NCBI GenBank assembly: GCA_038214755.1
Contig: JBBQRQ010000112.1
Location: forward strand, 1 to 16,110
Origin: Verrucomicrobiota bacterium
Lineage (GTDB): Bacteria > Verrucomicrobiota > Verrucomicrobiia > Limisphaerales > CANJXF01
Direction of reading: 5' to 3'
Length of the DNA: 16,110 bases
In this document: positions 8,601-15,916 of the stretch, one piece after another
Numbering within the stretch: position 1 is the stretch's first letter
Layout: each line of letters begins with the position of its first letter
Position numbers and translations under genes: made by a program
Notes under the pieces: model-generated
The model's input: the letters and a program-made list of their open reading frames with translations, nothing else
The model's database searches: none
Told to the model about the DNA's origin: nothing

Positions 8601-9913
8601 TATTGATTGATGGCAATGGCGGCGCTTCCCGAGAAACTGGAGAATCCCATGCCGTTCCCTCGCAAGAAACTGAGTTTACCCGTGGTCCTGACGATTTGCA
8701 GATCGAAGGAACCAGGCACATTGGTCGGACATACGCTGATGGGGCTTTGGCCATTAACAGTAGCAGTAGAAACCAAGGTATCCGCACTCAAGACGAGATA
8801 GAGGGTAAAATCGCGGTCCGCTGTGAGGCTGGCAGTGCGAGCAATTTCCATAAGCTGAGAGGTTCCATCGAAATGCACCACAGGATTTCCGTTGACCGCT
8901 CCTGTTACTAATGTCGGCTGAACACCATTGGTGGTTTGAACAGCGTTGTTGCCATTGCCGGATTGATCGTTCCATTGACTGACAAAACCGCTGCCGTCGG
9001 CCGTCACGCCTACATCCGCTTTTAACCATACCATTAACTCCGGAGCGATGGTCACTGGCGTGCTGGCCACACTGATCACGTTGTCAATATCGCGCACGTT
9101 TTGCACCGACAAGGTATAGACTAAATTCGAGTCAAGAGTGGAAGTCTGCAACAGAATGCTGTCGTTGTACACATTGGTCGCTGCGCTTAAAATCGTCACA
9201 GTGTTAGTGCCACTGGTGATAGAATAATTTGTCGCATTGGTAGCAGTGGAAGCCGAGACAGATTCTGAAAACTGGACGGTCACCTGATTGCCCGAGTAAC
9301 TGCGCGTCGCCAGCGTCACGGTGGGTGGAACTGAATCGTCAATGAAGCGGACCTTGCTCAAGCCCACACGAGGTTCCGTGGCTAAAAAATTGGTCAAGAC
9401 GTTGATGCGAACATAACGCGCCGACACTCCGCCGAAATCGATCAATTGGAAAAAATTGGTAAACAAGCCCGGGGCGCGGGTGAAAGTCACGTTGGGAAAA
9501 TTAGTGGTGAAGATCAGGTCTTCGCCGGCCACGGATATGTCCGCCTTTTGTATTCCGCGTTGCGAGTTAACGCCGCTTTCGTTGTAGTTCCACACCTTCA
9601 TTCGGTTGACCGTATGCGCTGAGCCAAGATCGAAGGTCACGAACTCGTTCGTGAAGTTGCCAGCCGTCGCGGAAAATGACAGCCACATATTTTGAATCGG
9701 GTCGGTGGTATGCACATCCCCAAACAGACCGATGTTGGACACGAGGTTGGTGACGCGACGATGATCGCGCCCCGCGCTCGTAAACTCCGAGGAAAATGCC
9801 TTGATCGTGACTCCTTGAACAAATGCCGCATGACTCGTGGCGGGCACATTCAAAAGAATGCAGAAAGTTATTAAAGGAAACAGGGAGCGACAAGAGAGCG
9901 ATTGGTTTTTCAT
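5660..9913 (-). CDS. 1417-aa secreted multidomain protein: discoidin-like domain, 3 bacterial Ig-like domains, 3 LamG/ConA-like domains, 2 I-set-like Ig domains and a C-terminal FYRL domain; putative adhesin/lectin
   Basis: Signal peptide ending SHA|A. The N-domain has VTFDLG..VWNYNE..ARYVRI. Three repeats of V.FSE.V...TATN..NY..Y.L.VQNV.D, three of WL(K/R)ADxGV..VSxWxDQS..GxxxE.....YLxxKY and two of IT.(Q)P.N.T...G..ATF.V..YQWQ..GATN..YTTP.LT. No catalytic motif recognised. Confidence 0.88.
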   Translation of the reverse strand: MKNQSLSCRSLFPLITFCILLNVPATSHAAFVQGVTIKAFSSEFTSAGRDHRRVTNLVSNIGLFGDVHTTDPIQNMWLSFSATAGNFTNEFVTFDLGSAHTVNRMKVWNYNESGVNSQRGIQKADISVAGEDLIFTTNFPNVTFTRAPGLFTNFFQLIDFGGVSARYVRINVLTNFLATEPRVGLSKVRFIDDSVPPTVTLATRSYSGNQVTVQFSESVSASTATNATNYSITSGTNTVTILSAATNVYNDSILLQTSTLDSNLVYTLSVQNVRDIDNVISVASTPVTIAPELMVWLKADVGVTADGSGFVSQWNDQSGNGNNAVQTTNGVQPTLVTGAVNGNPVVHFDGTSQLMEIARTASLTADRDFTLYLVLSADTLVSTATVNGQSPISVCPTNVPGSFDLQIVRTTGKLSFLRGNGMGFSSFSGSAAIAINQYYLVSIVMKGTNASSYLNGNFNGTASLTTGIFSTGYPIRLGVRQDLATRFQGNLAEVMLLRGAVSGAEKIAIDNYLGAKYGISVIALAITEQPQNATAQVGKTATFWVNAIAGSPTINYQWQSNSVNIVGATNSVYTTPALTLAANGAAYRAIVSTPLGITNASSAATLTVIADTQSPALSSGTRKAGSTTDIVVTYSEAVAPATATNVSNYSLNNGVTISSAVMGSSSNQVVLTTSGLNATTSYLLTVQNVQDLFTNTIVQTTALLFPSNMSLWLRADSGVIADGSGLVSQWFDQSSNTNNASQFAGPLLRPTLLASSINSKPALTFNGLSNYLQAASSPTLAIPNDISLYVVTRIAPLAANGYAHFIGKTLANQPASYDYYVHNGANGTLYRGNGTVSARVLETAIPSFGVPHVMNVVMSGTSVSHFLDGAANGTGILATNMADAGRPLRIGSRDALDVYMNGEIAEVMIFNSAISTSDRKAIDSYLGFKYFPLTITQPTNITRLEGQIATFTVLASAGPAAFSYQWQRGTVDIPGATNASYTTPILTQADSGSTYRVIITPLNSSPVISDSATLTVSPDSELPTVISVGKRVWSTNQIVVVFSEAVSPSTATNLSNYALDNGATITSATIGDTPNQVILTVSGLNPATTYSLTVQNVKDLFNNTMVQTTVISGVYPPSLALWLKADTGVTADAQNLVSAWADQSGNNNTASAFGDSAPLFVASAPGGQPALNFNGTNQYLVVNNSPGVALTGDLTIYVAAQIKDFISQTNEISLLGKSGGTIGNQPASYDFYLLKNSGLPRFFRGDGTSSSFLTGSNAPSLGTTHLLTVKMSGQNAVQYLDSQINAVGTLTAPIGDTGNPLGIGTRFDLRPKMNGNMQEILLFASALSDADRTALDSYLAAKYGVLLGPTPVISISRSGNNVVLSWPTPNVNFVLETTSALGASWTTATNTVTSVNGTNSATINAATGNGFYRLHQQ

Positions 9914-9964
9914 AAGGTGATAACACAGTAATTAAAAAATTCGGTCGATCAAGTCAATCACTTT

Positions 9965-10152
9965 GGGTGTGATTTCGAGTGGCGGTCAAAACGTAGCGCA
10001 AGGTTTCCGACCTGCTGTGTCGCCGATTTCCAATCGGCAGAGCATCACCACTCCGACCACATTCGACGCGCCGCAGGCTGGAAGCGTTGCGATACAACAG
10101 ATTTGAAATCTGCGCTACGACTGGGGGTTGACCGCCGGTTTAAATCACACTC
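9965..10152. mobile_element. Non-autonomous MITE-like element (25-bp TIRs, 9-bp flanking direct repeat) enclosing a REP doublet
   Basis: Left TIR GGGTGTGATTTCGAGTGGCGGTCAA (9965-9989) versus the reverse complement of the right TIR GAGTGTGATTTAAACCGGCGGTCAA (10128-10152): 20/25 identical. AATCACTTT flanks both ends (9956-9964 and 10153-10161). Confidence 0.85.
9993..10118. repeat. Inverted GTAG-type REP doublet (REPIN-like)
   Basis: Starts GTAGCGCA and ends TGCGCTAC. Each arm has two short hairpins, e.g. GCCGAT-TTCCA-ATCGGC at 10022-10038. Confidence 0.85.
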
Positions 10153-10328
10153 AATCACTTTTACGACATAGCTTTCTCTTCTTTTTTTCTTTGTGCTCGA
10201 TGCGTAGCGAATCGCTTAATTTTCCCGAAAGTTTCGCCAGCACGAGTTCTTCAGTCGCGAATTGTATTGCGGAATTCTTGCGAGGGCCAAAAACAGCCAG
10301 CTTTTGCGCGATGGTGAAAGAAAATTAA

Positions 10329-10365
10329 CACGAACGTTTGCACAGTGACACGCGAAACGGTTTGC
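10329..10365. promoter_or_regulatory. Two possible LacI-family operator-like palindromes
   Basis: CACGAACGTTTGCA (10329-10342) and GCGAAACGGTTTGC (10352-10365). Both resemble the central-CG palindrome (AAnCGnTT) of LacI/GalR operators; centres are 23 bp apart. No regulator gene in the window. Confidence 0.3.
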
Positions 10366-10460
10366 CTTGCCGCTGGTGACGTGAAGATAGATCGGGAAGT
10401 CTATCGAGGTTGTTTCCCCTGGCTCACTTTTTTTGGGAAGCAGGTGTGAGGCGAATCGAA

Positions 10461-11240
10461 CTAGATATTTGTTGTGACATTGAAGGGTCTATAAAACAAG
10501 ACCCAGGCACCGGCGGAGGAACCTATGTCAATGGTTCCGCTCGGATTCTTCACATTGAACTTATACCATTGAACATGACCGTCCTCGAAGAGGAACTGGC
10601 CGCCTTGCGGAGCGTTGCTCCGGTCGCGATGACTAGCCCACTTTAAGCCGCTGGGTCGGTCCACCCATGAGATTGTCCCGCCGTTGTTCTGTGACTGAAG
10701 TTGATCGCTAATGATGGGAGCCATTCGATACTGGCTGCCAAATTTCTTTCGGTACGCCCAGCCGCCCAGTCCAACGGAGTTATAAGGCCAGCCGACGGTA
10801 TCCCGACCTGGCAGGTAGAAATAGCCGATCAGGTTTATGGGATTATTTAAAGCTTCGTAGGTCCGATGGTAATCACTGGAGGGGCAATAGATAAGATCAT
10901 TGATGGCGCGCTGAGTTCCCGCTGATCCTGGTCGGTTCTTGTAAAGGTAAGGCTTATAAAAAACGGTATCCATGTTCAGGGGCATCCAACTCAAATCTTT
11001 GGCGCCGGTAGGAGTGGTGCAATCTGGAAAGGAGTTGTTGTTATCTCCCGCGTAGAGGTTCAGAGCGATTCCCCATTGCTTTAAATTATTGGCGCATTGG
11101 ATTTTGATCGCCTTCTCCTTGGCCTTTGCCAGCGCCGGCAGGAGCAATCCCGCAAGGATGGCGATGATGGCGATGACCACCAATAATTCGATTAGAGTAA
11201 ATCCTTTTTTATCCCAAGTTTGATTACAGGTCGTTTTCAT
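10461..11240 (-). CDS. Prepilin-type N-terminal cleavage/methylation protein with variant H-Xn-DG domain (DUF1559-like)
   Basis: [48 protein letters not shown] and C-terminal H-X15-DGHVQW. GAGGGG lies upstream. Confidence 0.92.
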   Translation of the reverse strand: MKTTCNQTWDKKGFTLIELLVVIAIIAILAGLLLPALAKAKEKAIKIQCANNLKQWGIALNLYAGDNNNSFPDCTTPTGAKDLSWMPLNMDTVFYKPYLYKNRPGSAGTQRAINDLIYCPSSDYHRTYEALNNPINLIGYFYLPGRDTVGWPYNSVGLGGWAYRKKFGSQYRMAPIISDQLQSQNNGGTISWVDRPSGLKWASHRDRSNAPQGGQFLFEDGHVQWYKFNVKNPSGTIDIGSSAGAWVLFYRPFNVTTNI

Positions 11241-11389
11241 AACTCAAAAAATTTCCCCTCAGCATGGAATTCTCGTGTGTGAGAAAGAAGCTAGTAATAA
11301 ATGACTCATGCGTCCAGCCAAATCAAGCCGGTCACTTTCCTGACATTTAGCTTTTCCAATTTGCCGTTTTCTCTTTTACTTCGGTCGCT

Positions 11390-12460
11390 ATGCGCAACGA
11401 ATCGCTGAAATTTCTGGAAACTCTCGCCAACACTCCAAGTCCTTCGGGCCACGAGTATCGCGGGCAAAGGGTTTGGTTCGATTATGTCAAAGAATTTGCC
11501 GATGAAACTTTTTCTGACTCATACGGAAATGCCGTCGCTGTTTTGAACAAAGGCGGTTCTCCTCGCCTGATGCTCGCTGCGCACGCGGACGAAATCGGCC
11601 TCACCGTCAATTACATCAATGATGAAGGATTTATTTATGTAAAAAAACTGGGCGGGATCGACCCGGCCATTACGAAAGCGACTCGTGTCACCATTCACAC
11701 AAAAGACGGGCCAGTGCGTGGCGTCGTTGGCAATGTCGCTCCGCATTTAAGGAAGTTTGAAAAAGATCCGCCGCCGCCAAAGATTGAGGAGTTGTTCATC
11801 GACATCGGTGTCGCTTCAAAAAAGAAAGCGCAGCGTCTCGTGCAGATTGGCGACCCGATTACGCTAAGTCATTTTTTTGAAACCTTGCGCGGCGACCTCG
11901 CCATAGCGCGGGCGTTCGATAATCGCGTCGGAACTTTTGCTGTCGCCGAAACGTTGCGGCTTTTGCGCGGGAGCAAAAAGAAAATCCAAGCGGAAATCTG
12001 CGCGGTTTCCAACGTGATGGAAGAGGTCGGCTTGCTTGGCGCGCGACAAATTGCTTACTCGCTCAAACCGGACATCGCGCTCGTGGTCGATGTTACGCAC
12101 GCGACGGATTATCCGACGGTTAATAAACAACAGCATGGCGACGTAAAAATCGGACAAGGGCCAACCTTGACCCATGGCGGATGCAATCATCCCAAACTGG
12201 TTGAACGACTCGAAGCCATCGCCGCGAAACAAAAAATTCCGCTTCAACACGAAACAATGTCTGCCACGAGCGGGACGGACACGGATGTGATTTTTTGGAC
12301 GCGGGGCGGTATTCCCAGCGCATTGGTTAGTTTGCCCAATCGCTACATGCATTCGCCGGTCGAGTTGGTCAGCCTAAAAGATCTGGAACAAATCCCTCTC
12401 CTTCTTAGCGCATTTTCCCTTTCCCTAAAAAAGGGAGAAGCGTTTACCGTCAGCATTTAG
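11390..12460 (+). CDS. M42 family metallo-aminopeptidase (TET/FrvX/YsdC-like)
   Basis: PSPSGHE, AHADEIG, LGGID, LFIDIG, AFDNRVG, MEEVGLLGA, DVTHA, GTDTD and RYMHSP. All expected metal ligands are present. Confidence 0.95.
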   Translation: MRNESLKFLETLANTPSPSGHEYRGQRVWFDYVKEFADETFSDSYGNAVAVLNKGGSPRLMLAAHADEIGLTVNYINDEGFIYVKKLGGIDPAITKATRVTIHTKDGPVRGVVGNVAPHLRKFEKDPPPPKIEELFIDIGVASKKKAQRLVQIGDPITLSHFFETLRGDLAIARAFDNRVGTFAVAETLRLLRGSKKKIQAEICAVSNVMEEVGLLGARQIAYSLKPDIALVVDVTHATDYPTVNKQQHGDVKIGQGPTLTHGGCNHPKLVERLEAIAAKQKIPLQHETMSATSGTDTDVIFWTRGGIPSALVSLPNRYMHSPVELVSLKDLEQIPLLLSAFSLSLKKGEAFTVSI

Positions 12461-12605
12461 TCTTTCTAGACCCTCCTCCTTAAAACGATCCGTTCTCTTC
12501 TTGTTCCGGATTAAAGGCTGGGTGGCGAATGCTGTCCAAATTGTAGAGCTTCGGGGGTAGGGTTTAAGTTTTAAGAAGCAGATCGCACGTTACCTTTCAT
12601 TGTAA

Positions 12606-12684
12606 TGGAGCGCGGCTGTGTTGAAGACCAGCCGCAGCATTCCATCGCGCTGCGGCTGGCCGAGGACGACACAGCCGCGCTCCA
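12606..12684. repeat. GGAG-type long palindromic repeat between convergent genes
   Basis: Outer stem TGGAGCGCGGCTGTGT / ACACAGCCGCGCTCCA (16 bp, perfect) and inner stem CCAGCCGCAGC / GCTGCGGCTGG (11 bp). It lies 11 nt past the NCS1 stop and may also act in termination or mRNA stabilisation. Confidence 0.85.
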
Positions 12685-12695
12685 CAAATTTCAAA

Positions 12696-14196
12696 TCAGA
12701 ACGCTCCCTTCATTTTCCGCCCTGCCAAATAAACCATAAACGCAATCGCGAATCCGATGAACCACGCATAATGGTAAATCTGCTGAAAAATTGTCGGAGC
12801 ATTTTTCGCGGACACCACATTGATCTGGATAAGAAAACCCGGAAGGTTGGGCAATATCGCAATCACCAGCGCCACCAGCGCCACGACGCTGAATCCATTG
12901 GTGAAACGGTATTCGCCTTCGGCCTGATAGAGAGCGACGAGGTTGAGTCTCTTCTTGCGATAGATAAAATAATCCGCGATCAAAATTCCGCCGATGGGCC
13001 CGAGCAGCGCGCTGTAACCAATCAACCACGTAAAAATGTAGCCGGAAGGATCAGCCATTAATTTCCATGGCATCATCACAATTCCAACGATCCCGGTAAT
13101 AAGCCCGCCGAGCCGAAACGAAATATGTCGGGGCGCAAGATGGGCAAAATCATTGGCCGGGCTAACCACATTTGCCGCGATATTCGTGGCAAGAGTAGCA
13201 ACGCAAAGCGCGAGCATGGCGGTGACGAGAACAACGGGATTTTTAAATTGCGTCAGAACATCGACGGGATCCCAAATGGTTTTTCCATAGATGATGGTGG
13301 TGGCCGAAGTGACCGCCACCACCGATGAATGAGTAAAGCGCCATCGTCGCTGGCAGACCGAGCGCCTGGCCCATGATTTGATCTCGCTGCGAATGAGCGT
13401 AACGCGAAAAATCTGGAATGTTAAGGGACAGCGTCGCCCAAAAACCAATCATGCCCGTGAGCGCTGGAAAAAAGTATTTGAAGAACTCACCTGCTTTAGG
13501 CTGACCTGCGGCAAACTGCGATGGCTGCGAAAGAATCGGTCCGAATCCGCCGGCGTTGCGATAAGCCCACCATAGCAGCAGTAATCCCAGCGCGATCAAC
13601 ACCGGCGCTTTGATGTTCAATAGCCAGCGGATGCAATCGATTCCTTTGTAAACCACCAGCATGTTGATGCCCCAGAAAAACAGGAAGCACAGAAACTGTG
13701 CGCCGGTTATTCCTAAAAAATTATTGGTAGAACCTGACGCGAGCGCGGGCTGAAACACGGCGAGAATTTTGTAAATCGCATTCCCGCCAATCCATGTCTG
13801 AATACCGAACCAGCCGCATGCGACGAAGGCGCGAAGGAGCGCCGGAACATTCGCGCCTTTCGTTCCAAACGCCGCGCGACAATAAACTGGGAAAGGAATT
13901 CCGTATTTTGTCCCCGCGTGCGCGTTGAGAATCATCGGAATGAGCACGATGGCGTTACCGAGAAAAATGGTGAGAATGGCCTGCCACCAGTTCATGCCGA
14001 TCTTGGGATCAATCAATCCCGACGCGAGCATGTAAGTCGGGATGCACGCGGACATCGAAATCCAGAGCGCGGCAAAACTTCCCACGCGCCATTTGCGTTG
14101 TGTTAAAGAAACCGGAGCGAGGTCTGCGTTGAACAATTTGCTTTGCTCGATTTCGGCCAACTGTTCGGAATTTAAGTCGGCTGGGAGGGAATTCAT
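12696..14196 (-). pseudogene. NCS1 nucleobase:cation symporter-1 family transporter with a +1 frameshift near 13320 (pseudogene or sequence error)
   Basis: 5' part: WISMSACIPTY, YGIPFPVYCRAAFG, CGWFGIQTWIGG, WATLSLNIPDFSRY. 3' part in another frame: VAVTSAT..IWDP, TNIAANVVSPANDF, PWKL, LGPIGGILIADY. Removing one G from ATC GGT G GTG GCG GTC restores a single 499-aa ORF. Confidence 0.9.
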
Positions 14197-14239
14197 GAGG
14201 CTTTTTACATTGCTTCTCGCCGATTTCGCAAGACGTTAC

Positions 14240-14350
14240 CTAATTGAAAACTTCAAGGCCATATTCAACAAATCTTTCATCTGTCGTCACTACAGAAAGG
14301 TGATTCAGCTTCGCACTGGCAATGATAAATCGGTCGCAAGGATCGTCGTG
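14240..14350 (-). pseudogene. C-terminal remnant of a PIN-domain (VapC-like) toxin
   Basis: Manual translation: HDDPCDRFIIASAKLNHLSVVTTDERFVEYGLEVFN*, matching the VapC C-terminal pattern HxDPxDRxxIAxA...VTxD...Y. An in-frame TGA lies at about 14404-14402 upstream with no ATG start, and the N-terminal two-thirds is missing. Confidence 0.8.
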
Positions 14351-14595
14351 CGCGCCAACAACTCTTTGTCGGGATCGAAGGCTGGTACACCCACGCCGCC
14401 GTCACAGCGCCTCGGGCTGTCAATCTCCAGTTGCTTTTGAAACGCAGTTCATGAAAAACTAACGACCTTAAACCCCTTCCGCCCCCGTCCACCGTTTCGG
14501 GGGAACTTCAACTTGTTTTATAGATTATCTCACGGACAGCCCTCAGAGATTCTATAAAGTTTCTCAGCCGTGAGTTTAAGAGTTAAACAGGCACG

Positions 14596-15855
14596 CTAGC
14601 GAAGAATCGTCTGTCGCAACAAATCGAGCGCTTCCTGCGACGTGACGAATTTGAACGTCTCCCGATCATAGCGAAAAATATGATGCTGCGCCACCGTTTC
14701 GCTCTGCGTCGCGAGCGCAATCCACACCGTCCCGACAGGCTTCCCTTCCGTGCCTCCGTCCGGGCCGGCGATTCCAGTAACGGCCAGCGCATAATCCGTT
14801 TTGCTTCCCGCTCGCGCGCCTTCGGCCATCTCCCGCGCCACAGGCTGACTGACCGCGCCAGATTGACTTAAAGTTTCTGTTCGGACCCCCAGCAGTTTTT
14901 GTTTCGCTTCGTTGCTGTAAGAAATTATTCCGTTGAGAAAAACCGCGGAAGCGCCCGGGACGTTCGTGATGCGGTTGGAAATAAATCCGCCAGTGCAGGA
15001 TTCAGCCAGTGCGAGAGTCTGTTTCCGTTCGGTCAATAGCCGCACGACAATTGCTTCCAACGAATCGTTTTCCGTCCCGAAAATGTGCGTGCCCAGCGAA
15101 GCGCGAATCGACTTTTCCGCGTCCGCAATTTTCTCGCCAGCCCCCGAGCCGCGCGCAGAAATACGCAGTTCAACCTCGCCGACGCGAGCGCAGTAGCCAA
15201 TTTCAATTCCTTTCCCGGCAAAGTTTTTGACATCGCTGGAAAGTTTCTCTTCGACAAACGATTCACCCAGGCCGGTCGTTTTTAAAATTCGGCAAACAAA
15301 ATTGTCTGGTTGCGGAAAATGTTTTCCCAGGAGGGGGATGACCTGTTGCAAAAACATTGGATGCAACTCGCGCGGCGGGCCCGGCAGCATGATGAGAAAC
15401 GTTCGGTCTTTGCGTGGCGCTACCGGCGGATTTACTTCCATAACCAAACCGGGTGCGGTCCCGTTTTCGTTTTGCAGAACGGTTGCGCCTTCGGGGACCA
15501 TCGCCTGCACTTTCGTGCTTTCGGGCATTCGACGTTTACGTTCTGCGAAAAAGTTTTCGATGCGGCGAAGCACTTCGGAATTTAACTCCAATTTTTTTTC
15601 AAGTAATTTGGCAATCAAATCGCGGGTGATGTCGTCGGAAGTCGGGCCAAGCCCGCCGGTGGTGATAATTAAGTCTGCTCGACCCAGCGATTCTCGAACT
15701 GCATTTTGAATCGCCGCGCCCTCGTCAGAAATTGCGATCTGACGTGTGACGATAAATCCTAAATCCGCCAACTGACGGCAAAGCCATTGTTGATGCGTAT
15801 TGAGGACACGACCCAGCATCAGTTCGCTGCCGGTATTAATGATTTCGATTTGCAC
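14596..15855 (-). CDS. cinA: Competence/damage-inducible protein CinA (MocF-like pyrophosphatase domain + PncC NMN deamidase domain)
   Basis: GSELMLGRVLNT, TTGGLGPTSDDITR, NGTAPG and LPGPPREL in the N-domain. AESCTGG, YSNEAK, GAVS and TGIAGPDGG..KPVGTV in the C-domain. GTG start. Confidence 0.95.
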   Translation of the reverse strand: MQIEIINTGSELMLGRVLNTHQQWLCRQLADLGFIVTRQIAISDEGAAIQNAVRESLGRADLIITTGGLGPTSDDITRDLIAKLLEKKLELNSEVLRRIENFFAERKRRMPESTKVQAMVPEGATVLQNENGTAPGLVMEVNPPVAPRKDRTFLIMLPGPPRELHPMFLQQVIPLLGKHFPQPDNFVCRILKTTGLGESFVEEKLSSDVKNFAGKGIEIGYCARVGEVELRISARGSGAGEKIADAEKSIRASLGTHIFGTENDSLEAIVVRLLTERKQTLALAESCTGGFISNRITNVPGASAVFLNGIISYSNEAKQKLLGVRTETLSQSGAVSQPVAREMAEGARAGSKTDYALAVTGIAGPDGGTEGKPVGTVWIALATQSETVAQHHIFRYDRETFKFVTSQEALDLLRQTILR

Positions 15856-15916
15856 GACTCCATTTACTTTTGCTTTCTGTTTTCAAACTGCAAGACGCAA
15901 AAGCGCGAAACGCGGC

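Noticed and set aside
9965..9989. Outward-facing -35 (TTGACC) in the TIR forming a hybrid promoter
   Set aside because: No acceptable -10 hexamer at 16-18 bp spacing in either copy.
4855..11240. Horizontally acquired island (looks somewhat more AT-rich by eye)
   Set aside because: No integrase, tRNA or boundary repeats, and the Asn/Thr/Ser-rich protein composition could explain the shift. GC3/codon-usage computation would be needed.
12696..13448. Separate 250-aa membrane protein gene
   Set aside because: It is the 3' half of the frameshifted NCS1. Its first ~42 residues are out-of-frame NCS1 sequence.
14510..14592. Weak inverted repeat (CTCACGG 14529-14535 / CCGTGAG 14568-14574, outer TGTTT/AAACA) after the cinA stop
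   Set aside because: Could be a decayed MITE or terminator, but pairing is short, there is no flanking duplication and no second copy in the window.
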